DNA of 63,292 nucleotides, the filler included, from Phoronis australis (lineage: Eukaryota; Animalia; Phoronida): the NCBI GenBank assembly GCA_002633005.1. It is 7 parts of 7 records of this genome, joined end to end, with 100 filler letters (N's around TTAATTAATTAA, not from the genome) between each part and the next. Parts side by side here need not be neighbours in the genome. Positions count along the whole stretch, not along the records: positions 1 to 13,326 come from NMRA01001024.1; 6 more parts are not named here. One strand, given 5' to 3'. This document shows, in pieces, positions 1-12,503 of the stretch (positions are counted from its first letter, which is position 1; each line of letters begins with the position of its first letter). The notes under the pieces were generated by a model that was not told where the DNA came from, ran no database searches, and saw only the letters and a program-made list of their open reading frames with translations. The translations under genes were made by a program, and so were the position numbers.

Positions 1-506
1 CCCTAACCCTAACGCTAACCATAACCCTTACAATGAAACTAACCATAACCATAAACCTATCCCTAAACCTAACCTTAACCCTAACCCTAACCTAGACCTA
101 ACCCTAACGCTAACCCTAACCCTAACCCTCACCCCAACTCTAACCCTATCCCTAACAATGAAACTAGCACTAATCCTAACCCCAACCCCAACACTAAACC
201 CAACCCTAACACTAACCCTAACCTTAAACCTAAACCTAAACCGAAAACTAACCCTAACCCTAACCCTAACCCTAGCCCTGAACCTAACCATAACCCTAAC
301 CCTAACCTAACCCTAACCTAACCCTAACGCTAACCCTAACAATAACCCTATCCCTAACCCTTAACCTAACCCTAAGCCTAACCCTAACCCTAACCCTAAC
401 CTAAAGCTAACCCTAAAGCTATCCCTAACCCTAACCCTCACCCCAACTCTAACCCTAAACCTAACAATGAAGATAGCACTAATCCTAACCCCAGCCCCAA
501 CCCTAA
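1..506. repeat. Degenerate telomere-like (CCCTAA)n array with higher-order duplication
   Basis: CCCTAA units mixed with variants (CGCTAA, CCATAA, ACCTAA, CCCCAA). The block at 121-190 recurs at 430-499 (offset 309). Confidence 0.95.
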
Positions 507-571
507 GTGACCTCCTTTCATATAGATGACCTTTGACCGAGACCCGCAAAACGGGGCATCTAAACCTCTTA

Positions 572-775
572 CTATACTACTCGCGAGAGTAATTGTTGGG
601 TAACAAGAAGATAATCTAACCTACCCTTTTTGACTGGATTTGTCCTGGACCATGTAAACTTTTTCGCTGAGGGATGATAAACACGCCATTGGTCCGTCAG
701 ATCAAGAGTCACCTTCATCTCCAGCATTTGGTCACGCGCTTTAGGGTTATTTACGGAGATACAATTATGACATTC
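572..775 (-). mobile_element. L1/Tx1-type LINE APE endonuclease fragment
   Basis: Translation LTDQWRVYHPSAKKFTW...GRLDYLLVT matches the D.WR..HP....FTW....RLDY motif of L1/Tx1 endonucleases. Confidence 0.8.
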
Positions 776-782
776 AAGTATA

Positions 783-1455
783 AGAATCAATAAATCTATT
801 ACTGGACTTACGGTACGTGGAGATGGCTACGTTGCGTCCTGTTCTCGAGGACTTCATCAGGCCACTGAGTTGTCACGTGACCTGTCATGTGATCGGTCGT
901 ACAGTTTCCGTGGGATTCTCTTCAGCGCCCTATCCCATGTCCTAGGTAAGTGAAACCGCAGCCTCCCTGTCTATTGAGGCTAGGATTCTCAATTCTCTCG
1001 TAGATAGCTTCTTTGACCCCTCTCCAAACAATTTTCTTCTCTATCCGGGATCTTCACATCTTCCATGGCGAAAGAGTGGTCTGTGGAAGCCATGTGACTA
1101 AAAACTGCAGAACTGCAGAATCATAGCAGTCCCCATAACTGGACCTCCGATGCTGGTTGAAACGACTTTTCAGGACTTCTTTGGTTTCCCCAATGTATGC
1201 TGCTCCACACCGCGGTTCCGAGCATGAAATGCCATACACCACATTTGGTGTTTTCTCTTTGCCGGTTTTGTCTTTCGCATTTAACAATTGACTCCTTACG
1301 GTGTTAACAGGTTTGAATACAACAGCAATGTCGTGTCCCCTCATATGTGATTTGATCTGGTCAGCGATCCCTGGCACAAAAGGCAATGTTACCCTGATGT
1401 TTCCCCTATTGTCAGGCTGCGTGTTCTTAGACCTGACTTTGTCATGGTTTGCCTT
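783..1455 (-). mobile_element. 5'-truncated Penelope-like element (RT-EN linker, GIY-YIG endonuclease, 3' tail), frameshifted
   Basis: LPFVPG...VVFKP...KDK...NVVYGISC..C.AAYIGETK..LKSRFNQH, continuing after frameshifts as VKEAIY...PSLNRQGG. A hammerhead-like motif follows in the tail. Confidence 0.92.
824..864 (-). ncRNA. Minimal type I hammerhead ribozyme motif (GAAA box mutated to GCAA)
   Basis: Minus strand reads UGGC-CUGAUGA-A-GUCCU(CGAGAAC)AGGAC-GCAA-CG-UA-GCCA. Stems I and II pair perfectly, and it lies just 3' of the GIY-YIG ORF. Confidence 0.8.
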
Positions 1456-1526
1456 GTATATATTTTATTGTTAAATTGTTCTGTTTTGTGTCTTGAGAAA
1501 TTGTCTGACACTAGACGAACTTGACA
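1455..1526 (+). repeat. 5' LTR remnant (3' end only)
   Basis: Matches 6671-6740 with about 2 substitutions and ends in GACA. Confidence 0.9.
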
Positions 1527-1529
1527 ATT

Positions 1530-1547
1530 TGGGGGCTTGTCTGGGAA
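1530..1547 (+). promoter_or_regulatory. Primer binding site, tRNA-Pro
   Basis: TGGGGGCTTGTCTGGGA versus the tRNA-Pro PBS TGGGGGCTCGTCCGGGA; both mismatches are CpG>TpG. Confidence 0.85.
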
Positions 1548-1588
1548 ATATTCAACGACAGTCTTTCAAGACATAAAAACATTAGTTA

Positions 1589-2485
1589 TTGTTTATTGTC
1601 AGTGACATTAAGCTTGAGAAAGAGGAACATGTTAGTGTTGAAGCAGACAAGCAGCGTGAGGAGAGTGAACGTCAGAGTAGGTTTGAGATAGAGCGACAGC
1701 AGAGAGCTTTTGAGTATGAGCAACAAAGTCGTTCGGTGCAAAGTAAAGTTGAGGTGAGTGAGAATGATAATACTAGTCAAACTGGTGGTAGAGTGAGTGC
1801 TCGTAGACCAAAACTTGAGGATGGTAAAAACGATATAGACGTTTACCTCGAACGATTTGAGCGTTTTGCTGAATCCATGAAGTGGGATAGAGTAGAGTGG
1901 ACTATTAATATTAGTGCATTACTCACACGAAAAGCCCTTGATGTTTTTGCCCGAATGTCATCTTCTGATGCTGAGGACTATGATAAGGTAAAAGCTGCGC
2001 TATTGAAAAGATACCATCTGTCAGCTGATGGATATTGGCGTAAGTTACGGACTAGTAAGCCTGAAGAGGGTGAATCCCCCTCCCAATTTGTTGTAAGACT
2101 TTTCCGTTATCTAGATAGGTGGATGAGTTTAAAGGGTATACCTAAAATTTTTGAAGGACTGAGTGACTTCATTGTCAGAGAGCAATTCATTAATATTTGT
2201 AACCGTGACTTAGCTACTTATGTTAAAGAGCAGGATCCTGATGATATTGATGAACTTGTTGAATCTGCTGAGCGATACCTTGAGGCTGTACAGTGGTCAG
2301 GGAAAGTAATGACAAACAGCATGGTAAGCCGCAGAAACCTCACCCCAATAAGGACGAGCATATTGGTACGTTCAGCAAGTCACAACAATGTACCAAGTGT
2401 AAGAAATGGGGTCATGGCGAAGCAGAATGTAGAAGTTAGAGTGGTCGACGTTGTTTTAAATGTGGATATAGTTCACATTTCATGA
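1589..2485 (+). pseudogene. gag: gag with capsid/SCAN-like region
   Basis: DIDVYLERFERFA...DYDKVKAALLKRY.LS.DGY.RKLR...FVVRL..YLDRW...EQFI is typical of Gmr1-type Gag; frameshifted near the zinc knuckles. Confidence 0.85.
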
Positions 2486-3235
2486 AAGATTGTAAGGCTG
2501 GCTCAAAAGTCGCAGCCGGAGCCAATACTTCAAGTGGACAAGCTGAAGAAGCTTGTGCAGTGCAGGGCTTGTATGCATGTTTCAATGATTGTGCATGTTA
2601 TTCTAGCAAGGGAATCAAGTTGGCTTGTGGTAAAGAAATATCCTTGGTAACCGGTGCTTGCAAAGGACATCCAGATAAGATGGCGTATACAGGTTTGCGT
2701 GTAGAGTTGGAGATCGAGTAGTTGACACCGAGACTGGGTGCAGTGGTGTTGTAGTGAAACGTGACTTAGTTCCAGACGATCAGGTTACAAATGAAGCCCA
2801 CTTCTGTATACTTATTGATGGTACGGCTAGGAATTTTCCCATTGCTAATATCTACAATGACACTCCATACTTCCCTGGTAATGTTCAGTGTGTATGCAAA
2901 AACCTGTTTGTGAGTTAATTGTAGGAAATATACCGGGTGTTCGACCGGCGGATGATCCCGATCCTGATTGGACCTTGGTGGATGGTGTAGCAACGATGAC
3001 TAGAGCACAGGCAAAGGTGTGTAGTGAGCCAACTAAATGTTTAAAGCCTGTTCCACCTGTTGATAGTGTTGGTAGGGATAGATTGCAACGTTTACAGCAG
3101 CAAGATCCAGAAGTCCAGGGGATAAAGGTAAACGAAGTCCGTACTAAGGGATCAGGTAAATCATGGTATCAGGTGAGACAGGGTCTGTTGTTTAAATATT
3201 ATCAGAACGAGAAAACAAATTCTGATAAAGTAATG

Positions 3236-4320
3236 AAGCAGATTGTTGTCCCTAGAAAACTGAGATCGCAGGTGATGCATTTAGCGCATGATTCTATTTT
3301 TAGCGGACATTTAGGTATCCGTAAGACTACAGAGAGAGTTTCCTCAAACTTTTTCTGGCCAGGAATGCCAGGTGTCATCGCACGTTACTGTAAGGCATGA
3401 GATGTGTGTGTCAGAAAACGTCAAAGAAAGGCAATGTTAGGAAAGTTCAACTTGAAAAGATGCCAGTGATCGACACAGCATTCAAAAGAGTAGCGGTAGA
3501 TATTGCCGGTCCAATCCATCCTGCTACGAGTAAGGGTAATATGTATGTTTTGACTCTAGTCGACTTCGCAACCCGCTACCCTGAAGCGGTGGCGCTCAAA
3601 CGAATTACAACTGTCGATGTTGCAGAAGCACTTGTTGAAATTTTCAGTCGGGTAGGTGTACCAGAGGAAATACTCAGTGACATGGGTACACAGTTTACGT
3701 CAAATCTCATGAAGGAGACAAGTCGCTTGTTGTCTATCGAACAATTAACTACTACCCCATATCACCCTATGTGTAACGGTTTAGTTGGAAGATTCAACGT
3801 CTCGTTGAAGTCTATGTTGAAGCGACTGTGTACAGAGCAACCCAAAGAGTGGGATAGGTATTTGCCTGCCGTTCTTTTTTCTTACAGGGAGATGTCACAG
3901 TCTAGCTTAGGTTTTTTTTCCGTTTGAGCTACTTTATGGCCGTACAGTGTGGGGTCCTATGCAGATATTGAAGGCGCTGTGGACAACGGAACAAGAGTCT
4001 CCGGATATCCGGAATAGCTATCAATATGTTACTGAACTCCGAAATCGCATAGAAGCAACCGCTGAGTTAGCTCGAGAGGAGCTGTGTAAGTCCCAGGATA
4101 GATATAAACACTTCTATGATCGTAAGACAGCGGTGAGAAAGTTTCAGGTTGGTGACAGAGTTGTACTACTCCTCCCTACTGATCACAATAAATTGCTAAT
4201 GCATTGGCAAGGTCCGTATGAAATTGTAGGGGTGAAGGGACGCTATGATTACAGGGTTAGAGTAAAAAACAAGGTCAAATTGTTTTATGCAAAGATGTTA
4301 AAAAGTATATTTGTAGAGCA
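3236..4320 (+). pseudogene. Integrase (H2C2 zinc finger, DDE core, GPY/F module)
   Basis: AHDSIFSGHLG..KT, FKRVAVDIAGP, ILSDMGTQFTS, TTPYHPMCNGLV, WQGPYEIV. Confidence 0.93.
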
Positions 4321-4499
4321 GAGCCAGCAGATGACGGGTCTGTTTAGGCAGCTGCTTTAGCTGTCATTGAGCCTCCAGCAGGTGACGATGTTGGTGACGG
4401 TGCTGTTAATGACGAGAACTTGATTCCGGTTGGTGAGTTGTTCAGTACCGAGACAGTTAGCGATGTTCAGGTGGGAACCACCATTATTGCTGACCAGGG

Positions 4500-5831
4500 A
4501 AAAAGCGTCAGGGAGGTGTTAGACAAGTATCAAACTGTTTTCACGGATATACCGGGTTGTACTAACTTGGTGGAACATTCCATAGAGTTGACTACTAGTG
4601 AGCCAGTATATGTTAAACCTTACACGGTACCTTTCTCGGTTAGGAGTACTATAAGCGATGAGGTAGATAAGACGTTACGTAAATTCCCCATATTCTGCTC
4701 CAGTGGTTATTGTTAAGAAGAAAGATGGAAGCAATCGATTGTGTGTTGACTTCCGTAGGCTTAACCGTGTGACCTTATTTGACATCGAACCAGCAAACAA
4801 AGCTGAAGATATCTTTGCTAGGTTGAGTGACGACAAATTCTTTTCCAAGCTAGATCTCACTAAAGGATATTGGCAGATTCCTATGGAGGAAGAGTCTGTT
4901 GCAAAAACGGCGTTTTCTACTCCAGAAGGGTCTCATGTTTTTGCCGGATGCCGTTTAGTTTGAAGAACAGTAGCGCGACATGAAACCGGGTGGTAAGTAA
5001 GTTGTTAGAGGGTATCCCGAACGCGGATAGTTTCATTGATGATATCCTAGTTCACACTAAAACATTGGAAGACCATTTGGCAGTGCTTGATTTGTTGTTG
5101 TCTAATATCAAAGCAGCTAACTTAACCTTGAGACCTCGTAAATATGTAGTGGCTGAGACTAGTAATAACTTTTTGAGTCATATTGTTGGCGATGGTTGCA
5201 TTTCAATCCACTCAGAAAATGCTAATAAGGTTAGAAATGCAGTTAGACCTGTTATGAAATGACAAGTCAGAGCTTTTCTTGGCTTAGTGAGTCATTTCCG
5301 CAAGTTCATACCTCACTTTGCAGAAATTGCTGTACCTTTGACTGACATGACACGTAAAGGTTCTCCAAACAAAGTGTTATAGAGCGAACCGGCTGAAAAA
5401 TCGTTTAAGACATTGAAAAACATTTTGGTTAACGATCCTGTATTGAAGCTGCCTAATTTGGAGAAAAGGTTCTGTTTGCAGACTGATGCGTCGGACAACG
5501 CGCTTGGGGCTCTACTGCTCCAGGACCATGACGGTATGCTGATGCCCGAGGCTTATGCTAGACACAAACTTCTGGAACGCGAGAAACGATATTCCACCGT
5601 TGAAAAGGAATGTTTGGCCTTGATATGGGCGGTGACGCATTTTCGTGTCTTCCTGTATGGTCGACAATTTACATTACAGACGGATCATTAACCACTGTGA
5701 ACAGGTGCAAATTGTCCAACGGTCGCTTAATGCGGTGGGCATTGGCGTTACAGCCTGATACATTTCATTTAGAGGCTATCAAGCGCACTGACAATATAGG
5801 TGCTGATTACATGAGTAGGATGTCTGAGTGA
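4500..5831 (+). pseudogene. Reverse transcriptase and RNase H
   Basis: KKKDGSNRLCVDFRRLN, SKLDLTKGYWQIP, FIDDILV, LQTDASD, YSTVEKECLA, LQTDH, RLMRWALALQ, NIGADYMSR. Confidence 0.93.
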
Positions 5832-5920
5832 GGAGTGTATGAGTGATTTACTATTATTTTATTTTTTTGCCAAATTGTGTTGTTTAGGAAATTATTGTAA
5901 TTTCTTGTAGTACGGGGGTG

Positions 5921-6613
5921 TGTCGCAATTTGGTGTGACTTGTATATGAGTTGAATATCAAGAGATTGCTGTTGTTAGTTGGTCTATGCAGAGCCAACCC
6001 CTTTGTATTGTTAGGCAAATGTGCTGTTTTGCAAGTGCAGGTAGCAGTCACGATTATGCTGGTATACACGTGTTACTGGGCAGTCTACCAATAGTTTGGG
6101 CGGAGGGCAGTTGTGCTTTGCCACGCTCTTGCTTTATATTTGAAGCACATGGTGCTCTTACCAGTCAAAACGCTTTGGAACACGTAAGTGTGTTTTGTAT
6201 CGAATATTTGTTTGTACAGGTACTTATAATATGCTGCGCTAGTCAGTTTAATTTACCTGAGCGTTATGTGCCTTAGCATTCTTTCTAGATGTAATTCGAA
6301 AATACGTTTATACCATGGTCGGTTATTGAGTCGGTTGACTTGTTACTGTACTTGTGTAAGTTCTAGGTGACCCTTAATTTATACCACCAAGCAGCTAAAC
6401 CTTGGGTGCAGGAGGCTGGTCAAGCTGGGCGGTGTAATATTTATCCGCAAGAGGCTGGTCAAGCTGGGCGCCGTAATATTTGTCAAGCAGTGAAAATCTC
6501 TGATGCTGAGAAGCCTAAGTTGTGGCACGAGTAGGCCCGTAAAGAGACACTAAGACCCTAATTGTGAACTATAGCAGTTCTGGTATCGGCAATCACTATT
6601 ATGAGTTTGTGTG

Positions 6614-6660
<47 letters not shown>

Positions 6661-6740
6661 AGAGGTAATATGTATATTTTATTGTTAAATTGTTCTGTTT
6701 TGTGTCTTGAGAAATTGTCTGACACTAGATGAACTGGACA
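5921..6740 (+). repeat. 3' LTR (~820 bp) containing a (TG)n tract and a ~39-bp tandem duplication
   Basis: TGTC...GACA termini following a G-rich tract; (TG)n at ~6617-6656; GAGGCTGGTCAAGCTGGGCG occurs twice (6412, 6451). Confidence 0.88.
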
Positions 6741-7499
6741 GCATGTATACATTAACATAGAAAATAAGTAGTTATCATAATTTTTTCAATTGATCTGTTT
6801 ACCACGTAAATTATTCCGGTGTTGTTTCATGCATGCTGAATTTGCAATAGAGTTCAAAATTCCTGTTTACCTCATATGACTGCCAAAAAGTGGTGTATTT
6901 CAGTGGCTGTTACTCATTCCAGTAACCACCTCTATTAAGGCTCTGTTGTTTTTATTTGGTCGATCCCAATAGCCTATGACTGTGAACATGCAACAAAAAT
7001 AATTGCAATACAGCTGACTGAATATAACTACATGTACGAATTTTCATGAATATACAGAAGCTGCCAGACGAAACAGGCTGACTTAATGAAATTTCAGAGT
7101 GGGTCAAAAGAAAGCGAGTTAGATTTGGAGCCCATGGATACTACAGTAACAGTAAGTACTTGTAAAAATCTGTAGCAAATTTCGTAATTGCCTAAAATCG
7201 GTCAATTGTTTTATGTTTCAATGTTATGAAGAGAAATGCAGTGCACAACTCGTGCATTTTACGATGAACGCTGACACATAGGTAGCACGAACAATTTAAA
7301 TCGGTCTCAATATTTTCTACATGTAATGTGCCATTGTCCTAGTGTCAGGTACATGCAAATTCATTTGGTAAAGTTTTATAATCAAATCTGAATAACTTGT
7401 TTGTGATGTCTTCACTTTAGCTTGGTATTCATAATTTTCTGAGACGAAATGGCCACATTAAATTAAATATATTTAATTTTTTTCATTAATACAATTTTA

Positions 7500-10400
7500 G
7501 GAATCAGGAAAAGCTTATGCTGAAGATGTGGCTTCTGCAGAAGTTGGAAACCTACCGATTATTAGTAAAGGTTGGGTATGGAAAAGTTCAAATCCAGCAA
7601 GAAGGTACCTGTCTGGACAACTAAGTGAGGGGGCTAGAGAGAGGCCGACAAGTCTACTCCCAGAAGATGTGAGGAACGAGTCGGAGGAAAAGTATTTGCC
7701 AAAGATTACTGGCTTATACCACAACAGGTCCAAAGTAATTTAATTTGAGGTAGGCCAGTCTCATCAACTGTAAGGAAACTGGGACAGTTTGATGTATGAG
7801 ATATGACAGAAGAAAGTGGAGTATGCATTGGAAAGAGAAATCTGTGCTTTAAGCTTGTCAATGGTGTAGCATTGTAAAAATTCAAAGGGAGGAAACAGTG
7901 CATTGGCTGGACCTGTAAATACTCTGACGGATTTGCTAAATCCAGTGGTGCATTATGTCAGTACAGCTGTGTAGGGAAGAGGGCTTGTGTATTGTTGCAA
8001 GCTTTGTTTGCACCAGAAGTGCTGTGTGAACAGGACAAATCTAAATTTACCTGTATTGAATTTATGTCCAGCCACCGATCATGATCCTGGGCCAGTGGAT
8101 TATGTTGGTGCAGCCACATGGTAATGGGCACATTATTCTTTTTGTTTAGCCACTGGATTTTTTGGTCTGATAGGATTTCTTAGAGTGGCCAACACATTTA
8201 GACGTTTGTTTCGTGATTTCTGACCACAGTAGTGTTTTTTCCTTGAAACTGTGAAATTAGTCTGAATTTATGTTTCTGCATTTTATTTACCATTATAGAT
8301 TTTTATTTGTAAATGAGGATTTATTACTGACATTTGAGCCCCTGTTGCAGTTAGGCTGTTTTTGTTCACTTATCTTTCAGCGTGGGTTGTAAACCCCCAT
8401 TCCGTCCAGGAGGTAAAGTTTTGATGTAGACCATTCACCTCTAACTTTTCTCAATTTGTTCCTTATACAGATGGGAAGTGATTTCTGGAATTGCAGCGAA
8501 TTGACAGGTTTGCTAATCTTAGAGACCATGCTGTGTGCATAAAATCACACACTGTTAGACAACCCATCTTATAGAGCCTGGTCGCTAGCAAATGCATATT
8601 GCCTGTTATTTTGAAATTCTGAAATTGCTCAAAAGTGACCAGGAAATAATACCTATTTCATGATGGTAAACTGTCTAAAACAAAGTTGCTTTATGTGATA
8701 TTCGGCAGGTTTATGTCCACTTCAAATGATTTTTGTTGCAGTACCGAAAAGTGCTGGCACATTAGATCTGGTGACTCCTTGGTTTTTGGTGAATTGACCA
8801 TTTTATGATTCCCATGAGAAATTTTGTAACTGGTCTAGTACATGAATGTATGTACAACTGCAATCGCACTACAATTGTAATGCATACCATGTTGCAAAAG
8901 TATTTTTTCCATGACCATTCATTGCAAAAATGCTGTCGAATTGGAACCGGCAAGCCAATTTTTCGTTTTATGATGGTTATTTTTGATAAAAACATTGATG
9001 TGGTACCTACAGCTATCTTAAGTTTGTGAGGAAGAAGAAATTTACTGTGTTGCCAGCGGAATTGCGAAATCCTTTTTTGCAGTGAGACTACATCACCTTA
9101 AATGTAATTCCTGGACTTCATGGGTTTTTTGTGATTGACTCTGTCCTGTAGCAATTAGAGTGTAGGAAAGATGTAGAAAGCAATTTTTTAATAGATTCAT
9201 AAAATTTGCCCTTTTGACTGTACAGTTATCTTTGAATTGTATTATGAAAACATATTTTGTAGTGTACAAGTGCCTGGTTGGTGTTTTATATCTTTTCACA
9301 AGGAATGTTTTCAACATAAATGTGTTGTCTGTGAGGTTGACAACTTTCAAATAATATAAGGAGTAAAATTGTCAAACATGGTTTCATTTTTTAGATGTGT
9401 GATTACTTTTGAAAAAACAGTGCAGAATTTGATGTTTACTCTTTGTTTAAAAGAGAATATCCATAGATTTCATTGTCTAGAAATTTTACTCAAATTTCAT
9501 ATTACAGGGTTGGCCATTGATGTGTTAATACAACGGAATCTGAACCCGTACTATGAGCAATACAACACAATACATGGATATAAAAAATTGGTGTTTAGGT
9601 TCGAAGGAAAGGATTCGTATGCGCTGTAAGAGTTACTGAGGTGCATAATAAGTTATTGTGGATACTTTGGGATACCTCTTCTGTGGTCATCTACGGGAAA
9701 CCTGGCAGCATAGATTGGCATCGTCATTGTTTCCGTTGTTTTAGTAAGGATAATGAGCATTTATCGGCAACGGTCTGATGTAATCCAAGGTTCTTTATCC
9801 ATGCGGCCTGTGTTGTTATATCCAACAATGACACAACAAAGGAAAACAACGGTACGACCGATGGGCAACATACATGCAACGAGTTGTCTGGTGGAGTTTG
9901 TCTTGTCATTCGAATGTTTTTAGAGAACTGGAAACCCAGTACATGCATTTCGTCAAGGAAATTTCTGCGGCCTTTTGTTTTAATTCGTATGAAAAACTGT
10001 GTTCATACCAATAAACTTGTCATTTTTTATTTGACATTACAATGCATTGCATAAACATTCAATCAACAGAAAATCTGATTTGAATAGGTGTGAAGAAATA
10101 CCCTTGAGGAAATTGCAAAGCATAACAACTGTAAATAAAAATAACCTACATTTGTCTAGCTCATGTCTAACCTTGTTGACTGGGGAGGAATAATCGGCTT
10201 TTTAAAAAAATGGAGCAATGTATGGTATCTAGGAGTACTATAGTCCTAGGTGTTATGAAGTAAAACATTCAAAACGTTCAGGAGGAACATACTCGTTGCA
10301 GAATATCAAAAAACATTAAGGATAATCTGATTTTACATGCTCACGCAACGGTCTCGTGTATTTGAAAAATTCTCATTTTAGTACATTTGAGGTGCCAAAA

Positions 10401-10910
10401 TATACATGTATAACTTACAAACTGGTTAACAATTTTTTATTTTGTGCAATGAAAGTAACGTGTTTTGTCAACATTTTGGTCAAGTTTTATACTCATAACA
10501 GTGGAGGCAGACTTGGTATCGCAGTGTATTGAACATAACCTGAAAATGGCATAACGGAGGGCAGTGTAGTAAAACTAAGGGTGGCAAATCGGAATCTTTT
10601 TTTCAAGACATCTGCGTAACAATCTACAGGTACCACATAACAATGCAAAGCGAATAATAGTTCAATAGCTTTCATTGAAGGAAAAATATAAACAGTTAAA
10701 ATTGGACAGTTTTTATAGCGTGAAAACATGGTTGCGAAGCCGTAAAATGTGTTTGAGCCTGTAACTTTGCTATAATATGTAATATTTTGGGGAAATATTT
10801 TATCACTGTTTATAGATCCGATAGGACTACCTATGTGCCAAATTTGGTGAAAATCGGCTGACCCCTACCTTGTCGCTGGATGGCAGGTGCTCTCGTGGAC
10901 AAACACTTAA
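7500..10910 (+). mobile_element. Possible heavily decayed DNA transposon
   Basis: Broken Cys-rich frames (YCCKLCLHQKCC at ~7990, PCGLCC..PT at ~9800) in exon-like patches, and a terminus-like segment ending at TTAA near 10907. Weak support. Confidence 0.25.
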
Positions 10911-11164
10911 TTATGGTTTATATAACTCGTAATTGTCCCATTGTTGATAACCCACCATTGCATAAGTGGAAATTTTAAAACAATTCCCAAGCGGGTTTTG
11001 GAGAACAGTGTCTGACTGAAAGTTTCGTGTTAATTTGATCTGCTATTTCTGAGATACGCTGTTCCGAAGTGGGACAAAATTGGACACTTTTGTCGTGCAT
11101 ATTTTCCAAGTGAAGAAAATATTTGGGAGGTTTTTCACCCAAATTCATGAATTTCAATTTGATA

Positions 11165-12503
11165 GGTAATTTCACATTTCGCTGATTCGATCTCATGCTC
11201 ATGACCTGCTTTAACCACCGACTTGATTTCTATTATGCACTTCGTACTTTGGTTTCATATCAGTCTCTCGGGGCGTGGTGTGTAACAATGAACTGTTGAC
11301 CTACTTTAAAGTGGACCACAATGCATCAGCTTGACCAACTTAATATGTTGGCTCCGCCTAGTTGCACTTAATGCATTGGAAATCAACTTGGCTGATTAAA
11401 CGTTTTTGTGATAATTAAGTTAATTACGCATTGCAAATTCAGTTGACATTGCAAGTGAATGATGAAATAGTGAACATAGTTAAGGCATGTATAGGTCATG
11501 CTGACCGAAAACAAGTTTTCACCGAGTAATTAACCGAAAACCTTGAGACTTTCAGCTCTCACAATTTTTACAGGAGAATGCCACCAAAAACAACGTATTT
11601 TGTATCAATTTGGATCAAGTAGTTTCACTCGATGACAACAAGTTTAGTTCTTTTACCTGATACCAGACGACAGATGGGGGTGTTGAAACTAATTAATGAC
11701 GTCATAGGTTTTAACACAGTCTGTTCAACAGTTCAGAACACGTTTACTAGACAGTGTCAACTTATCTCTTGACTACATCGCATTACACGAATAAATCATA
11801 GAAATTCGATGCAAAATCTTTGCAATTACATTGAGTTTTTAAACAAAGGAATTGTTTTATTTCGCTGTTACGGATTTACAGAGATTTTGATCGTGCCGTA
11901 GCTTACAAAGTTCGGTGGGCCAACTTATGAAAAATATTTAGCAGAACCACCTTGGAACCGCACAACCGCGTGGATATGTTTATTACTTATCCGAGGTCAA
12001 AGGTTACGTGACTGTTACTCAAATCGAATCTCCCCCAGGTACAGAGCAGCTTCGTATGTACCCTCGTCCTTTCATTCACCGAGTCTCCATAATATTGAGT
12101 CAACGCTGACAAATAAAACAAGCGTAGTTTTGATCTTGCGGGAGTTGTGCGTCTACACGTATACGATCGTTGCCTCACTCTGTGGTGACGAACAGAGCAA
12201 GTTGTGAAAAGAGATAAATCCTCAAGTAAATTGATATTTCGCTGTTTCGATCTCATGCTAACGACATGCTTTAACCATCGACGCGATTATGGTTTTCTGT
12301 TTCTTACTTTTAAGTAGGTCAAACAAAAGTAACAGTTCATCCCACCTCGTGGGTCGGGACGGTACGTTTCAACGATAATAAAGTTAATTACGCACTGCAA
12401 ATTCAAGTGAATGTTGAAATAGCCAACGTGGTTAAGGCATATATAGGTTATATTGACCGAAAACTCGTTTTCACCAAACAATTAAACGAAGACTTTGAGA
12501 TTT
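11165..12503 (+). repeat. Two diverged direct copies of an unclassified repeat (~11165-11550 and ~12228-12503)
   Basis: Shared blocks TTTCGCTG.TTCGATCTCATGCT, AAGTTAATTACGCA.TGCAAATTCA and TGACCGAAAAC. Confidence 0.8.

Larger units (their letters stand above)
1455..6740 (+). mobile_element. Decayed Ty3/Gypsy LTR retrotransposon, Gmr1-like (gag-PR-IN-RT-RH)
   Basis: 5' LTR remnant, tRNA-Pro PBS, gag, degenerate protease (~2720-2920), integrase, RT, RNase H, G-rich tract at ~5912-5920 and a full 3' LTR. Many stops and frameshifts. Confidence 0.93.

Noticed and set aside
28-549. Arg/Val- and Leu/Gly-repeat ORFs
   Set aside because: Translations of the TTAGGG-like repeat; no coding evidence.
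783-1455. Telomere-maintaining (Athena-like) Penelope element
   Set aside because: It has a GIY-YIG endonuclease and is separated from the array by a LINE fragment; telomeric PLEs lack the endonuclease.
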